Part shown: piece after piece, positions 16,190 to 24,407 of the stretch
Layout of the letters: the number at the start of each line of letters is the position of its first letter
Numbering within the stretch: position 1 is the stretch's first letter
Virus record (IMG/VR): IMGVR_UViG_3300036833_000021
Span: 1-26,760 of that record
Strand: one strand, 5' to 3'
From: a virus
Lineage: Duplodnaviria; Caudoviricetes
DNA length: 26,760 bases
Position numbers and translations under genes: made by a program
The notes under the pieces: generated by a model
Seen by the model: only the letters and a program-made list of their open reading frames with translations
Told to the model about the DNA's origin: nothing
The model's database searches: none

Positions 16190-16561
16190 ATGCCCGCTTG
16201 CGAAAGACTAGCCGGTATCACCGGACTCACCATCGACGGTACCGCCTACATGGTGGTCAGTGACGTCACCTGGTCACCGGCGCGGTGGAAGCGCGAGACG
16301 CTCGTCGGACTCGACAGCGTGCACGGCTTCAGCGAGGTGCCGATACAGGGCCATATCGAGGCGACACTGCGTGACAGCGGCGCGATCAGCGTTTCGTCTT
16401 TCAATGATATGCGCTGCGTCGAGGTGCTCGTCACTCTTGCCAACGGCAAGGTGGTCGGCGGGGCCAACATGTGGAACACCTCGGCGCTGGAGGTGCGCGC
16501 CGCGGAGGGCACCTTTCAGGTGCGCTTTGACGGGCAGACGGTCGGGGAGTCCACAGCGTAA
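16190..16561 (+). CDS. Tail tube protein (Mu gpM-like)
   Basis: RLAG...TIDG, KRETLVGLDSVHGFSE.P, LANGK, VRFDG; follows the sheath. Confidence 0.93.
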   Translation: MPACERLAGITGLTIDGTAYMVVSDVTWSPARWKRETLVGLDSVHGFSEVPIQGHIEATLRDSGAISVSSFNDMRCVEVLVTLANGKVVGGANMWNTSALEVRAAEGTFQVRFDGQTVGESTA

Positions 16562-16899
16562 TGCTCAACACCGCGGTGACCAACGGGCAGGGACGGAGCG
16601 ACGACGACGCGCCGCGCACACTCGACCTCATTATTGACCCGCCGGTCGAGTGGAACAACAACACGTATGAAAACCTGCACCTCGAGGAGCCGACCGCGCA
16701 CCAGGTCGAGCGCGCCGAAAGCGAATTGTCCGGCTCGGTCAACGTGCACGCCCTGCGCAAATACCAGATCGCGCTGGTGAGCCACTCCTCGGGCCTGCCG
16801 CGCCAGGTCGTCGAGCGCATGCGGATCAGCCAAGTCCGCGAGGCCGCCGATTTTTTATCGGCCTTTATCGGCGGTGGCCGGGAAACTGGCGAGACCTGA
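16561..16899 (+). CDS. Tail assembly chaperone (Mu gp41 / P2 gpE-like)
   Basis: L.LEEPTA, SGLP..V.ERM.IS....A.DFL; lies between tube and tape measure and contains a slippery site. Confidence 0.9.
   Translation: MLNTAVTNGQGRSDDDAPRTLDLIIDPPVEWNNNTYENLHLEEPTAHQVERAESELSGSVNVHALRKYQIALVSHSSGLPRQVVERMRISQVREAADFLSAFIGGGRETGET
16851..16857 (+). promoter_or_regulatory. -1 programmed ribosomal frameshift heptamer T TTT TTA
   Basis: In-phase X XXY YYZ (codons GAT TTT TTA) near the chaperone end, with an open -1 frame to TAA 17030. Confidence 0.85.
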
Positions 16900-17030
16900 T
16901 CGCCGATCTCGCGCGGTTCTGGCATTGGGCACCGCACGACGCTTTTTCGCTGACCGGCACGCAGATCGTCTGGTGGCTCGATCAGGCCAACCGCATCATC
17001 GCCCGCGAGCGGAGTGCGGCTGAGGAATAA
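16851..17030 (+). CDS. Frameshift extension of the tail chaperone (P2 gpE'-like)
   Basis: The -1 frame reads FFIGLYRRWPGNWRDLIADLARFWHWAPHDAFSLTGTQIVWWLDQANRIIARERSAAEE*, matching the GpE' pattern AD.A..(F/W)HW.P.......W...A. Confidence 0.85.
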   Translation, partial: FFIGLYRRWPGNWRDLIADLARFWHWAPHDAFSLTGTQIVWWLDQANRIIARERSAAEE

Positions 17031-17287
17031 TGGCATATAATCCGGAGGTACAGCGCCGATATCGGTCCAGCGAGAAGGGTCTTGCCACAAGCAGGCAGCG
17101 GGATCGCGCGCGCTCAGATAATAGATTAGAGTATAAGCGCGCCTATATTGCGGCCTGGCGACATCATATCAAACCATGCCAAACATTCGATTTAACCGAT
17201 CCGGCGCAACAGGCCGAATGTTTCCATTATACTAATCTTCGGCCGCTAAGGCGGGTCGACAATCAACGCAGACCGCGCAAGGATTAA
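17030..17287 (+). pseudogene. Internally deleted HNH endonuclease paralogue (85 aa; may still be translated)
   Basis: C-terminal 41 aa are 32/41 identical to the HNH at 14217-14702, but the GCS...GMSWENYG central region is absent. Confidence 0.7.
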
Positions 17288-17291
17288 GAAC

Positions 17292-19724
17292 TTGGCGGGA
17301 TATAGTGTCACCTTCTCGGTCGTCGACCAGGCGAGCAAGCAGATCGAGGCGATCAACAAGCGCATCGAGCAAATGCGCGCGCCGATGGAGCGCCAGGCGC
17401 GCGCGGTCCAGAAATTCGTCGATCTCTCCGGGCTCGGTAAGATCGCTGATGGTTTCAAAGCGATTGCCCGCACTGCGCTCGACGCGTTCAGCTCGATGAT
17501 CCGCATCGTGCCCGTGCTCGGGGCTCTGACGAGTGCGGCATCGATTGCCGGGATCGCCAAGCTGGTTGAGATCTGGGGGCAGTTCGGCTTGACATTGCAG
17601 CGCGACGCCGACCGCATCGGCACATCCGCGCAGTCTCTGCAGCAATTGCAGGACATGGTCCGGCTCGCCGGGGGTTCGGCCGACGATATGACCGAGTCGC
17701 TCAAAGAGCTGACCGATGCTGCGGCGGCGGCGTTTTCGGGGCGCGATCCCCAAACCTATGCGTGGTTTCAGCGCGCCGGCATCGCACTGACCGACATCAA
17801 CGGCAAGCTGCGCTCGACCACCGACATCTTGCCCGAGGTGATCAGATATCTCGACACCCTGAAGAACCCGGCCGACCGGATGACCGCTGCACTCGGACTC
17901 GGTGGTCAGGCGCTGTTCAAACTGACCGAGGACATGGAGCGCGCCAAGCGGCCTGGCGAAAGTCTCGCCGATACCTGGAAGCGGCTCAATGCCGAGGCAG
18001 CCAAGCAAGCCCCGCTGACCGATGCGCAGATCGCCGCCCAGCAACGCTATGCTGAAGCGACCGGCGCCCTGACCGTCAGCTTCGAACATCTCGAGCAGCA
18101 GATCGGCACGACACTGGCAACAGCGCTGACGCCATTCATCAACCAGCTGGCCGAATTTGTGCGGACCCACGAGCCGCAAATCACCGCAGCGGTCAATCGC
18201 CTCGTCACCGCCTTTGCCGACTGGATCAAGGGCATCGATTGGGCCAAGGTCGAGGCCGGCATAGAGAAGATTGGCGGCGCACTGCAATCGCTGATCGACA
18301 ATCTCGACACCGTCAAGACGGTCCTTGAGGGCATCGCCATCTTCATGGCGACGAAGTGGATATTGAGTTTCACCACCGCGTTCGCTCAAGGCATTATCGC
18401 TATCGGTCAACTTACCGGCGCACTCGGCTCCGTCGGCGCGATCAGTGCCGGTAGCGCCATCACCGGAGTCGGGCTCTTGGGCACGCTCGGCGCGGTCGCC
18501 GGTGTCCTGCTCTTGATCGAGGAAACCTGGCGGCATTGGCCCGATCTCGTCAACGCCGCCAAAGAGAGTCTTGGAGCGCTCGAATCCGGCGCAGCCCGTG
18601 TCGGCGGGAACTTTGGAGACTGGTGGAGGGGGCGCAGGACCAACGCGCCTACCCCAGCACCGAGCGGTCCCGCGGGTCCGCCGCGGCCATCGGGCGAGGC
18701 GACGCCCTTTTATGGTGGCGTGAACGATCCACTGGCGCTGATCATGGGTCCGGAATCCGGTGGCAAAAACCTGGCGCCCGGCACGTCCTCGACACCCGAG
18801 GGAACGCCGACCACCGCCAGCGGTTTTTATCAATTCCTCGAAAGCACCTGGCGCGAACAGGCGGGCAAGCTCGGTATCGACTTAGCGAAGTACCCAACCG
18901 CTTATTCGGCGCCGGCCAATGTGCAGAAGGCCGTCGCGGCGCAGCTCTACAACGAGAAAGGTTTTCAGCCGTGGACGACCGACCCGCGCTCGCCGATCCC
19001 CGGCATGATCGCGGCCCGCGGCGGCAAAGAGGCATTTCCTCAATATATCGATCCGCAACAATTCCTGAGGCCAGGAGGCGCCGGCGCGGCCCCGACCGGC
19101 GGCGGCACGGTCACGACCAAGGAAACGCCTGCAGGCGTCAATCCGGAGCTCCATGCCGCAATGGAGAAGGCATTCACCAACGTATTGCCCCCAGGCTATA
19201 GCGCGCGCGTGACCTCGGGAGTGCGCGAGGAGGCTGGTTCACAGCATGCCCTCGGCCAGGCCGAGGATTGGCAGATTTACGACCCCTCGGGCCAGCCGAT
19301 CCGCAATCGCGGCGCCGACATCTCCGGTTATTACCGCAAGGCCGCCGTCGAAGGATTGGCGCAATTGCAGATCAGCGACCCGGAGTTGGCGAAAAAATTT
19401 GCCTGGGGCGGACATTTCGGCACCGCGCTCGGCGGCGGCGGTGAGGCCGATCTGATGCATTACGACATCGGTGGTGTACGCGGGCGCATTGGCGACCCCT
19501 ACGGCGAACGCGCCGACGCCGCCGCCCGCGCCCGCGAACTCATGGCGCCGCAAGCCGAGGGCAAACCCGTGCAGGTCACCGGCGGGCCGCCGGTTTCCGG
19601 CTCCGTCGACGTCACCGTGACGCATCGCAACCCGCCGCCGGGTGTGACGGTCGCCGCCAAGGGCGCCGGCGACGTCAACGTCGCACCGCCGCGGATCGAG
19701 CAACAACAGCTCGCCGCCGCATAA
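17292..19724 (+). CDS. Tape measure protein with a lytic transglycosylase-like and an M15-like peptidase domain
   Basis: TTG start; YSVTFSVVDQAS N-terminus and long Ala-rich helical region; ESGG...ASGFYQFLESTW...SAPANVQKAVAAQLY...QPW; TSGVR...SQHALGQAED...WGGHF...DLMHYD. Confidence 0.92.
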   Translation: MAGYSVTFSVVDQASKQIEAINKRIEQMRAPMERQARAVQKFVDLSGLGKIADGFKAIARTALDAFSSMIRIVPVLGALTSAASIAGIAKLVEIWGQFGLTLQRDADRIGTSAQSLQQLQDMVRLAGGSADDMTESLKELTDAAAAAFSGRDPQTYAWFQRAGIALTDINGKLRSTTDILPEVIRYLDTLKNPADRMTAALGLGGQALFKLTEDMERAKRPGESLADTWKRLNAEAAKQAPLTDAQIAAQQRYAEATGALTVSFEHLEQQIGTTLATALTPFINQLAEFVRTHEPQITAAVNRLVTAFADWIKGIDWAKVEAGIEKIGGALQSLIDNLDTVKTVLEGIAIFMATKWILSFTTAFAQGIIAIGQLTGALGSVGAISAGSAITGVGLLGTLGAVAGVLLLIEETWRHWPDLVNAAKESLGALESGAARVGGNFGDWWRGRRTNAPTPAPSGPAGPPRPSGEATPFYGGVNDPLALIMGPESGGKNLAPGTSSTPEGTPTTASGFYQFLESTWREQAGKLGIDLAKYPTAYSAPANVQKAVAAQLYNEKGFQPWTTDPRSPIPGMIAARGGKEAFPQYIDPQQFLRPGGAGAAPTGGGTVTTKETPAGVNPELHAAMEKAFTNVLPPGYSARVTSGVREEAGSQHALGQAEDWQIYDPSGQPIRNRGADISGYYRKAAVEGLAQLQISDPELAKKFAWGGHFGTALGGGGEADLMHYDIGGVRGRIGDPYGERADAAARARELMAPQAEGKPVQVTGGPPVSGSVDVTVTHRNPPPGVTVAAKGAGDVNVAPPRIEQQQLAAA

Positions 19725-20548
19725 TGGCCGATCTGATCCCGGCCGGCATCGGCCCGCTGACGCAGACCGCCGGCACCAGCCTGGCGACCGATCAGAGCGG
19801 CGCCTCGTGGCTCGGCTCGACCTGGTATCAGCAGCTGCAGCCGGGATCGTGGCGCGGTGTCGGATTCGTGATGGACGCCGCGGAGAACAAAGCCGGCCGA
19901 CGCACCGCGATCCACGAGTATCCCTATCGCGATACCGTATGGGTCGAGGATCTCGGGCGCCTGCCGCGCCGCTTTAGCTTTCAGGCTTTCCAGGTCGGCG
20001 ACGACGTCTATCAGCAGCGCGACGCGATGATCCAAGCCTGCGAGCAGGCCGGCGAGGGCACACTGGTCCATCCGACGCTGGGCAGCGTGCAATGCGTGCT
20101 GATCGATTTCACGACCACCGACCGCCGCGAGCGGGGCCGTGTCGTCGAGCTCGCGTTCTCATTCGTCGTCTCCGGCGACATCCTCTTCCCGACGACGGCG
20201 CTCGCAACCGGCGCCAATGTCGACACGATCGCGGGGGCGTTGGGTCAGGCCTCGGCCGGAGATCTCTCGAGCACGCTTAGTGCCGCGCCGTTCATACCGC
20301 GCATGGCCGGTCTATCGATCTCCGGGTTCGGCAATCTGGCGAATCTCGCCGTCGACGATCCGACGCGCGCGCTCAACGCCGTCGCCGGGCTGCAGGGTTA
20401 TTACGGGCGTTATTCGACCGGCAATCGGAGCGTCCTGCAACCGCCATCGGCAACCGTGCAATCGGTGCTCGCCGACAGCATCACCTCGCGCCAGGCCGTG
20501 CTCGATGCGGTAGCACAGCTCACCGCCGCGACGAGCGCTCTGACGTGA
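19724..20548 (+). CDS. Mu gpN-like DNA circularisation protein, N-terminal part
   Basis: LQPGSWRGVGF, GRRTAIHEYPYRD..WVEDLGR, GEGTLVHPTLG (DNA_circ_N). Confidence 0.93.
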   Translation: MADLIPAGIGPLTQTAGTSLATDQSGASWLGSTWYQQLQPGSWRGVGFVMDAAENKAGRRTAIHEYPYRDTVWVEDLGRLPRRFSFQAFQVGDDVYQQRDAMIQACEQAGEGTLVHPTLGSVQCVLIDFTTTDRRERGRVVELAFSFVVSGDILFPTTALATGANVDTIAGALGQASAGDLSSTLSAAPFIPRMAGLSISGFGNLANLAVDDPTRALNAVAGLQGYYGRYSTGNRSVLQPPSATVQSVLADSITSRQAVLDAVAQLTAATSALT

Positions 20549-21123
20549 GCGAGCTCCGTTTTGCCCGTTCGACCGAATTCAGCGATGCCGCGACCGCGGT
20601 CGCACAGGCGCTGCTCGCCGCGACCAACGACCCGGCCGATGCGATTCGCCTCCTTCTGCCGCTCACCGAATGGCTCCCGCAGCCTCTGCCGGGCTCGGGG
20701 CCGCTATGGGTCACCGCTCAGGCGATCCAAGATGCCCTAACGAGCAACGTGCGCTGTGCGGCCTGCGCAGCGCTTGCGCAGGCTTCCGCGCTCTATCGCC
20801 CGATCAGCTACCAGGACGCCCAATCGATCCGGCTCTTGGTCTGCGGCGTGCTCGATGACGAGGCGACGCGCTGCGCCGATGCCGGGCGCGATGCCAGCTA
20901 TCAGGCTCTGCGCGATCTGCGCGCCGCCGTCGCCCTCGACCTCGCGGTGCGCGGCGCCAACCTGCCGGTGCTGATCGAGGTGACGACGCTGGTCTCGATG
21001 CCCTCGCTCGCCGAGGCGTGGACCCTCTACCAGGACACGACGCGCGAGCCCGACCTCGTGGCCTCGTCCGGCGCACCGCATCCGCTCTTTCTGCCGCTCG
21101 AATTTCCGGCGCTATCGCGATGA
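20545..21123 (+). CDS. Mu gpN-like DNA circularisation protein, C-terminal part
   Basis: DPADAIRLL..L, Y.P.SYQDA, LRDLRAAV..DL..RGA.L, PSL..A..LYQD..R..DLV.....HPLFLP..F.AL; GTGA overlap. Confidence 0.85.
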   Translation: MSELRFARSTEFSDAATAVAQALLAATNDPADAIRLLLPLTEWLPQPLPGSGPLWVTAQAIQDALTSNVRCAACAALAQASALYRPISYQDAQSIRLLVCGVLDDEATRCADAGRDASYQALRDLRAAVALDLAVRGANLPVLIEVTTLVSMPSLAEAWTLYQDTTREPDLVASSGAPHPLFLPLEFPALSR

Positions 21124-22316
21124 GCGATACCATCGACTTGCCGGATGTTTCCGTCACGGCCGACGCGCCGCACGGCGCATTGCCTCGGCAAAGCCGCCCC
21201 AGTACCCCCGATGTTTTGAGCCTGATCGTCGGCGGCCAGGAGTGGCAGGGTTGGCAGCGCGTCGCGGTCACTCGCAACATGGAGACGGTCCCCGCATCAT
21301 TCGATGTCGAGGTGACCGAGCACTATCCGACGACCGGTGATATCGCGATCAAGCCCGGTGACCCGTGCCAGGTCAAAATCGGCGGCGATCTCGTGATCAC
21401 CGGGTATGTCGACCGCTACACCGCCGCGTTCGGCCCCTATCAGCACACGGTGCGGATCGAGGGCCGCTCGAAATCGGAGGATCTCGTCGATTGCGCCGCC
21501 TTTGTCGGTTCCAAGGACAACCCGACCTATCAGATCATGGGCGGCACGACGCTGTCGATCGCCCAGCAGCTCGCCAAACCTTACGGCGTGACGATCTCGT
21601 CCACCGCCGGGGATGGCGTGCAGATCCCGCGGTTCAACATCAATCTCGGAGAAACTGCGTGGGAGATCATCGATCGGGTCACCCGCTACTCGCAGCTGAT
21701 CGCCTACGACCTGACCGACGGCTCGGTGCAGCTCTCACAGGTCGGGACCAAGAGTATGGGCTCCGGCTTCCGCCAGGGCGACAACGTCGAGCAGGCGAAC
21801 GTCATCTTCTCGATGGATCAGCGCTATTCGGTCTACGAGGGGCATCTCCTCTCGACGCAGGCGTATTTCACCGACCAGGGTGTTTCGGCGCCGGACAAGG
21901 GGACGATCGTCACCGATGATGGTGTCCCGCGCTTCCGCAAGCGGATCATCATTTCGGAGCAAATGCAGCTCGGCGAGCCGATCGTCAAACAGCGGGTGAT
22001 CTGGGAGCGCAACCGCCGCGCCGCGCGCTCGCAAGCCGTCAATGTCACCGCCGATTCGTGGCGCGACGCCAGCGGCACCCTGTGGGATATCAATCATCTG
22101 GCGCCGATCGAGCTGCCGGCGCTCAAACTGCCGCAGGCGACCTGGGTCATCGGCCAGATCACCTTCACCCGTGACGAGGCCGGGCAACACGCGCATGTCA
22201 CTCTGATGCCCAAAGAAGCCTTCATGCCCGAGCCGATCGTGCTGCAGCCGACACCGGTGCTCACCTCGGACGTCGAAAAGTACAACGCGACCAAGCCGAC
22301 GACACCGCAGCAATGA
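21120..22316 (+). CDS. Baseplate hub protein (Mu gpP/gp44-like)
   Basis: Start re-assigned to ATG 21120. L.VGG..W.GW..V.VTR, PGDPCQV.IG.DLVITGYVD, GRSK..DLVDC, V..WRD..G.LW..N, L.LMP.EAF.PEP. Confidence 0.95.
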   Translation: MSDTIDLPDVSVTADAPHGALPRQSRPSTPDVLSLIVGGQEWQGWQRVAVTRNMETVPASFDVEVTEHYPTTGDIAIKPGDPCQVKIGGDLVITGYVDRYTAAFGPYQHTVRIEGRSKSEDLVDCAAFVGSKDNPTYQIMGGTTLSIAQQLAKPYGVTISSTAGDGVQIPRFNINLGETAWEIIDRVTRYSQLIAYDLTDGSVQLSQVGTKSMGSGFRQGDNVEQANVIFSMDQRYSVYEGHLLSTQAYFTDQGVSAPDKGTIVTDDGVPRFRKRIIISEQMQLGEPIVKQRVIWERNRRAARSQAVNVTADSWRDASGTLWDINHLAPIELPALKLPQATWVIGQITFTRDEAGQHAHVTLMPKEAFMPEPIVLQPTPVLTSDVEKYNATKPTTPQQ

Positions 22317-23701
22317 GCGACACGTGGGGCTTGCAGACACAGATCGATCGCCTCTACCGCCGCATGCGGATGGTCGTGGCGCCGACGAAGATCCTGGCAA
22401 CCGACGATACCGACGTCATCCACAAGGTACAGCTGCGAGTCCAGAACACGCCTGAGATCCTCGACCAGGTCGGGGTCATGCAGATTTACGGGCTGGCCTC
22501 GCATGCCCCGGTCGGGACCGATGCGACCGCGCTTTTTGTGATGGGCGACCGGAGCAACCCGGTGGTCATCGCCACCGGCCAACAAAAGAGCCGACTGAAG
22601 AACCAGAAGCCCGGCGAGATCTCGCTCTACACCGACGAGGGCGACACGATCAAGATGCAGCGCGGCAACGCGATCGGGATCAACGGCCAGGAAAGTGCCA
22701 CGATCACGACCAAGACCGCGACGACGAATGCCTCGGACGCCTTTAACGTCGCCACAAAGACCGCGACGATCAACGGCAGTGATCAGATCAACCTGACGAC
22801 ACCGACGACCAACGTCAGCCAGGATCTGAAGGCGAACGGCAAGATCGACGCGAGCGGCGGGTTTTTTCAGAACGGCAACCCGATCGGCGGCGGTAGCGGA
22901 GGCGCCGGCCCGCCAGGGCCAGCCGGGCCAGCCGGCCCCGCGGGGCCAGCCGGACCTGCCGGACCAACGGGCACCGCCGGCAATTCGGTCCTGCACGGCA
23001 CCGGATCGCCCGCCGCCGGCATCGGCAACAGTGGCGATTTCTATATCGATACCGGTCCCTACAACATGTTCGGCCCAAAAACTACGGCATGGCCGACGCC
23101 GGGAACCTCGCTGATCGGGCCGCAAGGGTTGGCGGGCGCCACCGGCGCACAGGGGCCGCAAGGCATCCAGGGCGCCACCGGGCCGCAGGGACCGATCGGG
23201 AATACCGGGCCGCAAGGGCCGAATTGGAATGTCGGCGTAGGTTTGGCGCTCGATGCCGGGACACCCGCGACGATCCGAGTCGTAGTTCCAGCGCAATTTA
23301 ATAATCTGACCGCAGCCAATCCGACCGGCACGAGCTCGACGGCGTTTGTCATGATGGGGATGGGCTACACGATTACTCCGGCGGTCAACGGTGTGGTCGT
23401 GGTCGCAATTTCCGGACAAATCAACAATTCCGTCGCTGGCACTGTCTCGACTGTGCGTATTCATTATGGTACGGGGGCCGCGCCCGTTAATGGAGCCGCT
23501 CTAACAGGTACGCAGGCGACGCGCGGCAGTGGGATCAATACGCCGGGATACGCTGCGGGGCAGAATGTGCCGTGGTCGCTGACAGCGATCCTGAGCGGTC
23601 TTAGTGTCGGGACGCCGATTTGGATCGATCTCGCCGTAACCACCGGCAGCGGCGGAACCGCCACCATTGCCGCTATTGAAGCGGCGGCGTTCGAGATTTG
23701 A
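22313..23701 (+). CDS. Baseplate spike (Mu gp45-like) fused to collagen repeats and a C-terminal fibre-like domain
   Basis: Q.YGLASH.P.G, GDRSN.VVIAT, R......GEI.LY..EG, Thr-rich beta-helix repeats, then Gly-X-Y blocks and a beta domain. Confidence 0.9.
   Translation: MSDTWGLQTQIDRLYRRMRMVVAPTKILATDDTDVIHKVQLRVQNTPEILDQVGVMQIYGLASHAPVGTDATALFVMGDRSNPVVIATGQQKSRLKNQKPGEISLYTDEGDTIKMQRGNAIGINGQESATITTKTATTNASDAFNVATKTATINGSDQINLTTPTTNVSQDLKANGKIDASGGFFQNGNPIGGGSGGAGPPGPAGPAGPAGPAGPAGPTGTAGNSVLHGTGSPAAGIGNSGDFYIDTGPYNMFGPKTTAWPTPGTSLIGPQGLAGATGAQGPQGIQGATGPQGPIGNTGPQGPNWNVGVGLALDAGTPATIRVVVPAQFNNLTAANPTGTSSTAFVMMGMGYTITPAVNGVVVVAISGQINNSVAGTVSTVRIHYGTGAAPVNGAALTGTQATRGSGINTPGYAAGQNVPWSLTAILSGLSVGTPIWIDLAVTTGSGGTATIAAIEAAAFEI
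22907..23224 (+). repeat. Collagen-like Gly-X-Y repeats: 9 triplets (22907-22987) and 12 triplets (23117-23224)
   Basis: GPP(GPA)5GPTGTAGNS and GPQGLAGATGAQGPQGIQGATGPQGPIGNTGPQGPN. Confidence 0.92.
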
Positions 23702-23702
23702 T

Positions 23703-24407
23703 ATGGTCGGCTGGCTCGACCCGCCGCTCGACGCGCCGCCGGGGTCGTTACCGGAGAGCACCTGGGATCGCGGTGCATCGGTCTGGAATGGGGCCAGTGT
23801 ATCGATCTGGGATAGTCCCAGTGCGTCGATCTGGGATGGCGGGGCGTCGGTCTGGGATGGCGGTCGGTCGATCTGGGATCTGCCCGCGAGTCCGTTGCCG
23901 CAAGGCGGCAATGGCGGCGACATCCGCATCCTGTGGGACAACACCAACGCGCTCGGCGACTGGGGGTTGGCGCAGGGCGACCTCGAAACCGGCCAAGACC
24001 TCGAAACCGCGTGCTTGGTCTCGCTCTTCTCCGACGTGCTCGCGACTCCCGATTTTACGCCGACAGACGGCACGACCGATCGCCGCGGCTGGTGGGCCGA
24101 CCCGTACAACGACGAATCGCTGGGCTCGAACCTGTGGCAGCTCGACCGCGCCAAGAAAACCCGCGCGACGTTGGGCAACGCGCGCCGCTATGCGCTCGAC
24201 GCGCTCAACTGGCTGATCCTTGACGGTGTCGCCAAGCAAATCTTCGTCAACACATCTTGGCTCAGCCCGACCATGCTCGGCATCGCGGTCGCGATCATCA
24301 AGCCGGACGGATCGCAGACCCGCTTCATGTTCGGCTGGGCCTGGAGCGGGCTTGCGGTCGTCGCCTCACCGGTCCGGTTCGTCAATCCATTCCCGCAGCT
24401 GCCCTGA
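23703..24407 (+). CDS. Baseplate protein (Mu gp46-like) with N-terminal WDGG-repeat extension
   Basis: Start re-assigned to ATG 23703. DI.I.WD....GDW....GDL..G.DLETA.LVSLFSD, RGWWAD, GS.LW.L.R.K, YA.DAL.WL..DGVA. Confidence 0.92.
   Translation: MVGWLDPPLDAPPGSLPESTWDRGASVWNGASVSIWDSPSASIWDGGASVWDGGRSIWDLPASPLPQGGNGGDIRILWDNTNALGDWGLAQGDLETGQDLETACLVSLFSDVLATPDFTPTDGTTDRRGWWADPYNDESLGSNLWQLDRAKKTRATLGNARRYALDALNWLILDGVAKQIFVNTSWLSPTMLGIAVAIIKPDGSQTRFMFGWAWSGLAVVASPVRFVNPFPQLP
23757..23882 (+). repeat. Six S-x-W-[DN] units (7-8-aa period)
   Basis: STWDRGA SVWNGASV SIWDSPSA SIWDGGA SVWDGGR SIWDL. Confidence 0.9.

Noticed and set aside
14568-17284. HNH copy pair (and the 9269-9598 duplication) as a diversity-generating retroelement TR/VR pair
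   Set aside because: Differences are largely synonymous and not adenine-specific, and no reverse transcriptase is present in the window.
22858-22868. GGGTTTTTTC in the spike gene (and GGGGTTTTTC in the tail fibre) as frameshift sites
   Set aside because: Not in X XXY YYZ phase (codons GGG TTT TTT/TTC, Gly-Phe-Phe), and the zero frame encodes coherent protein.
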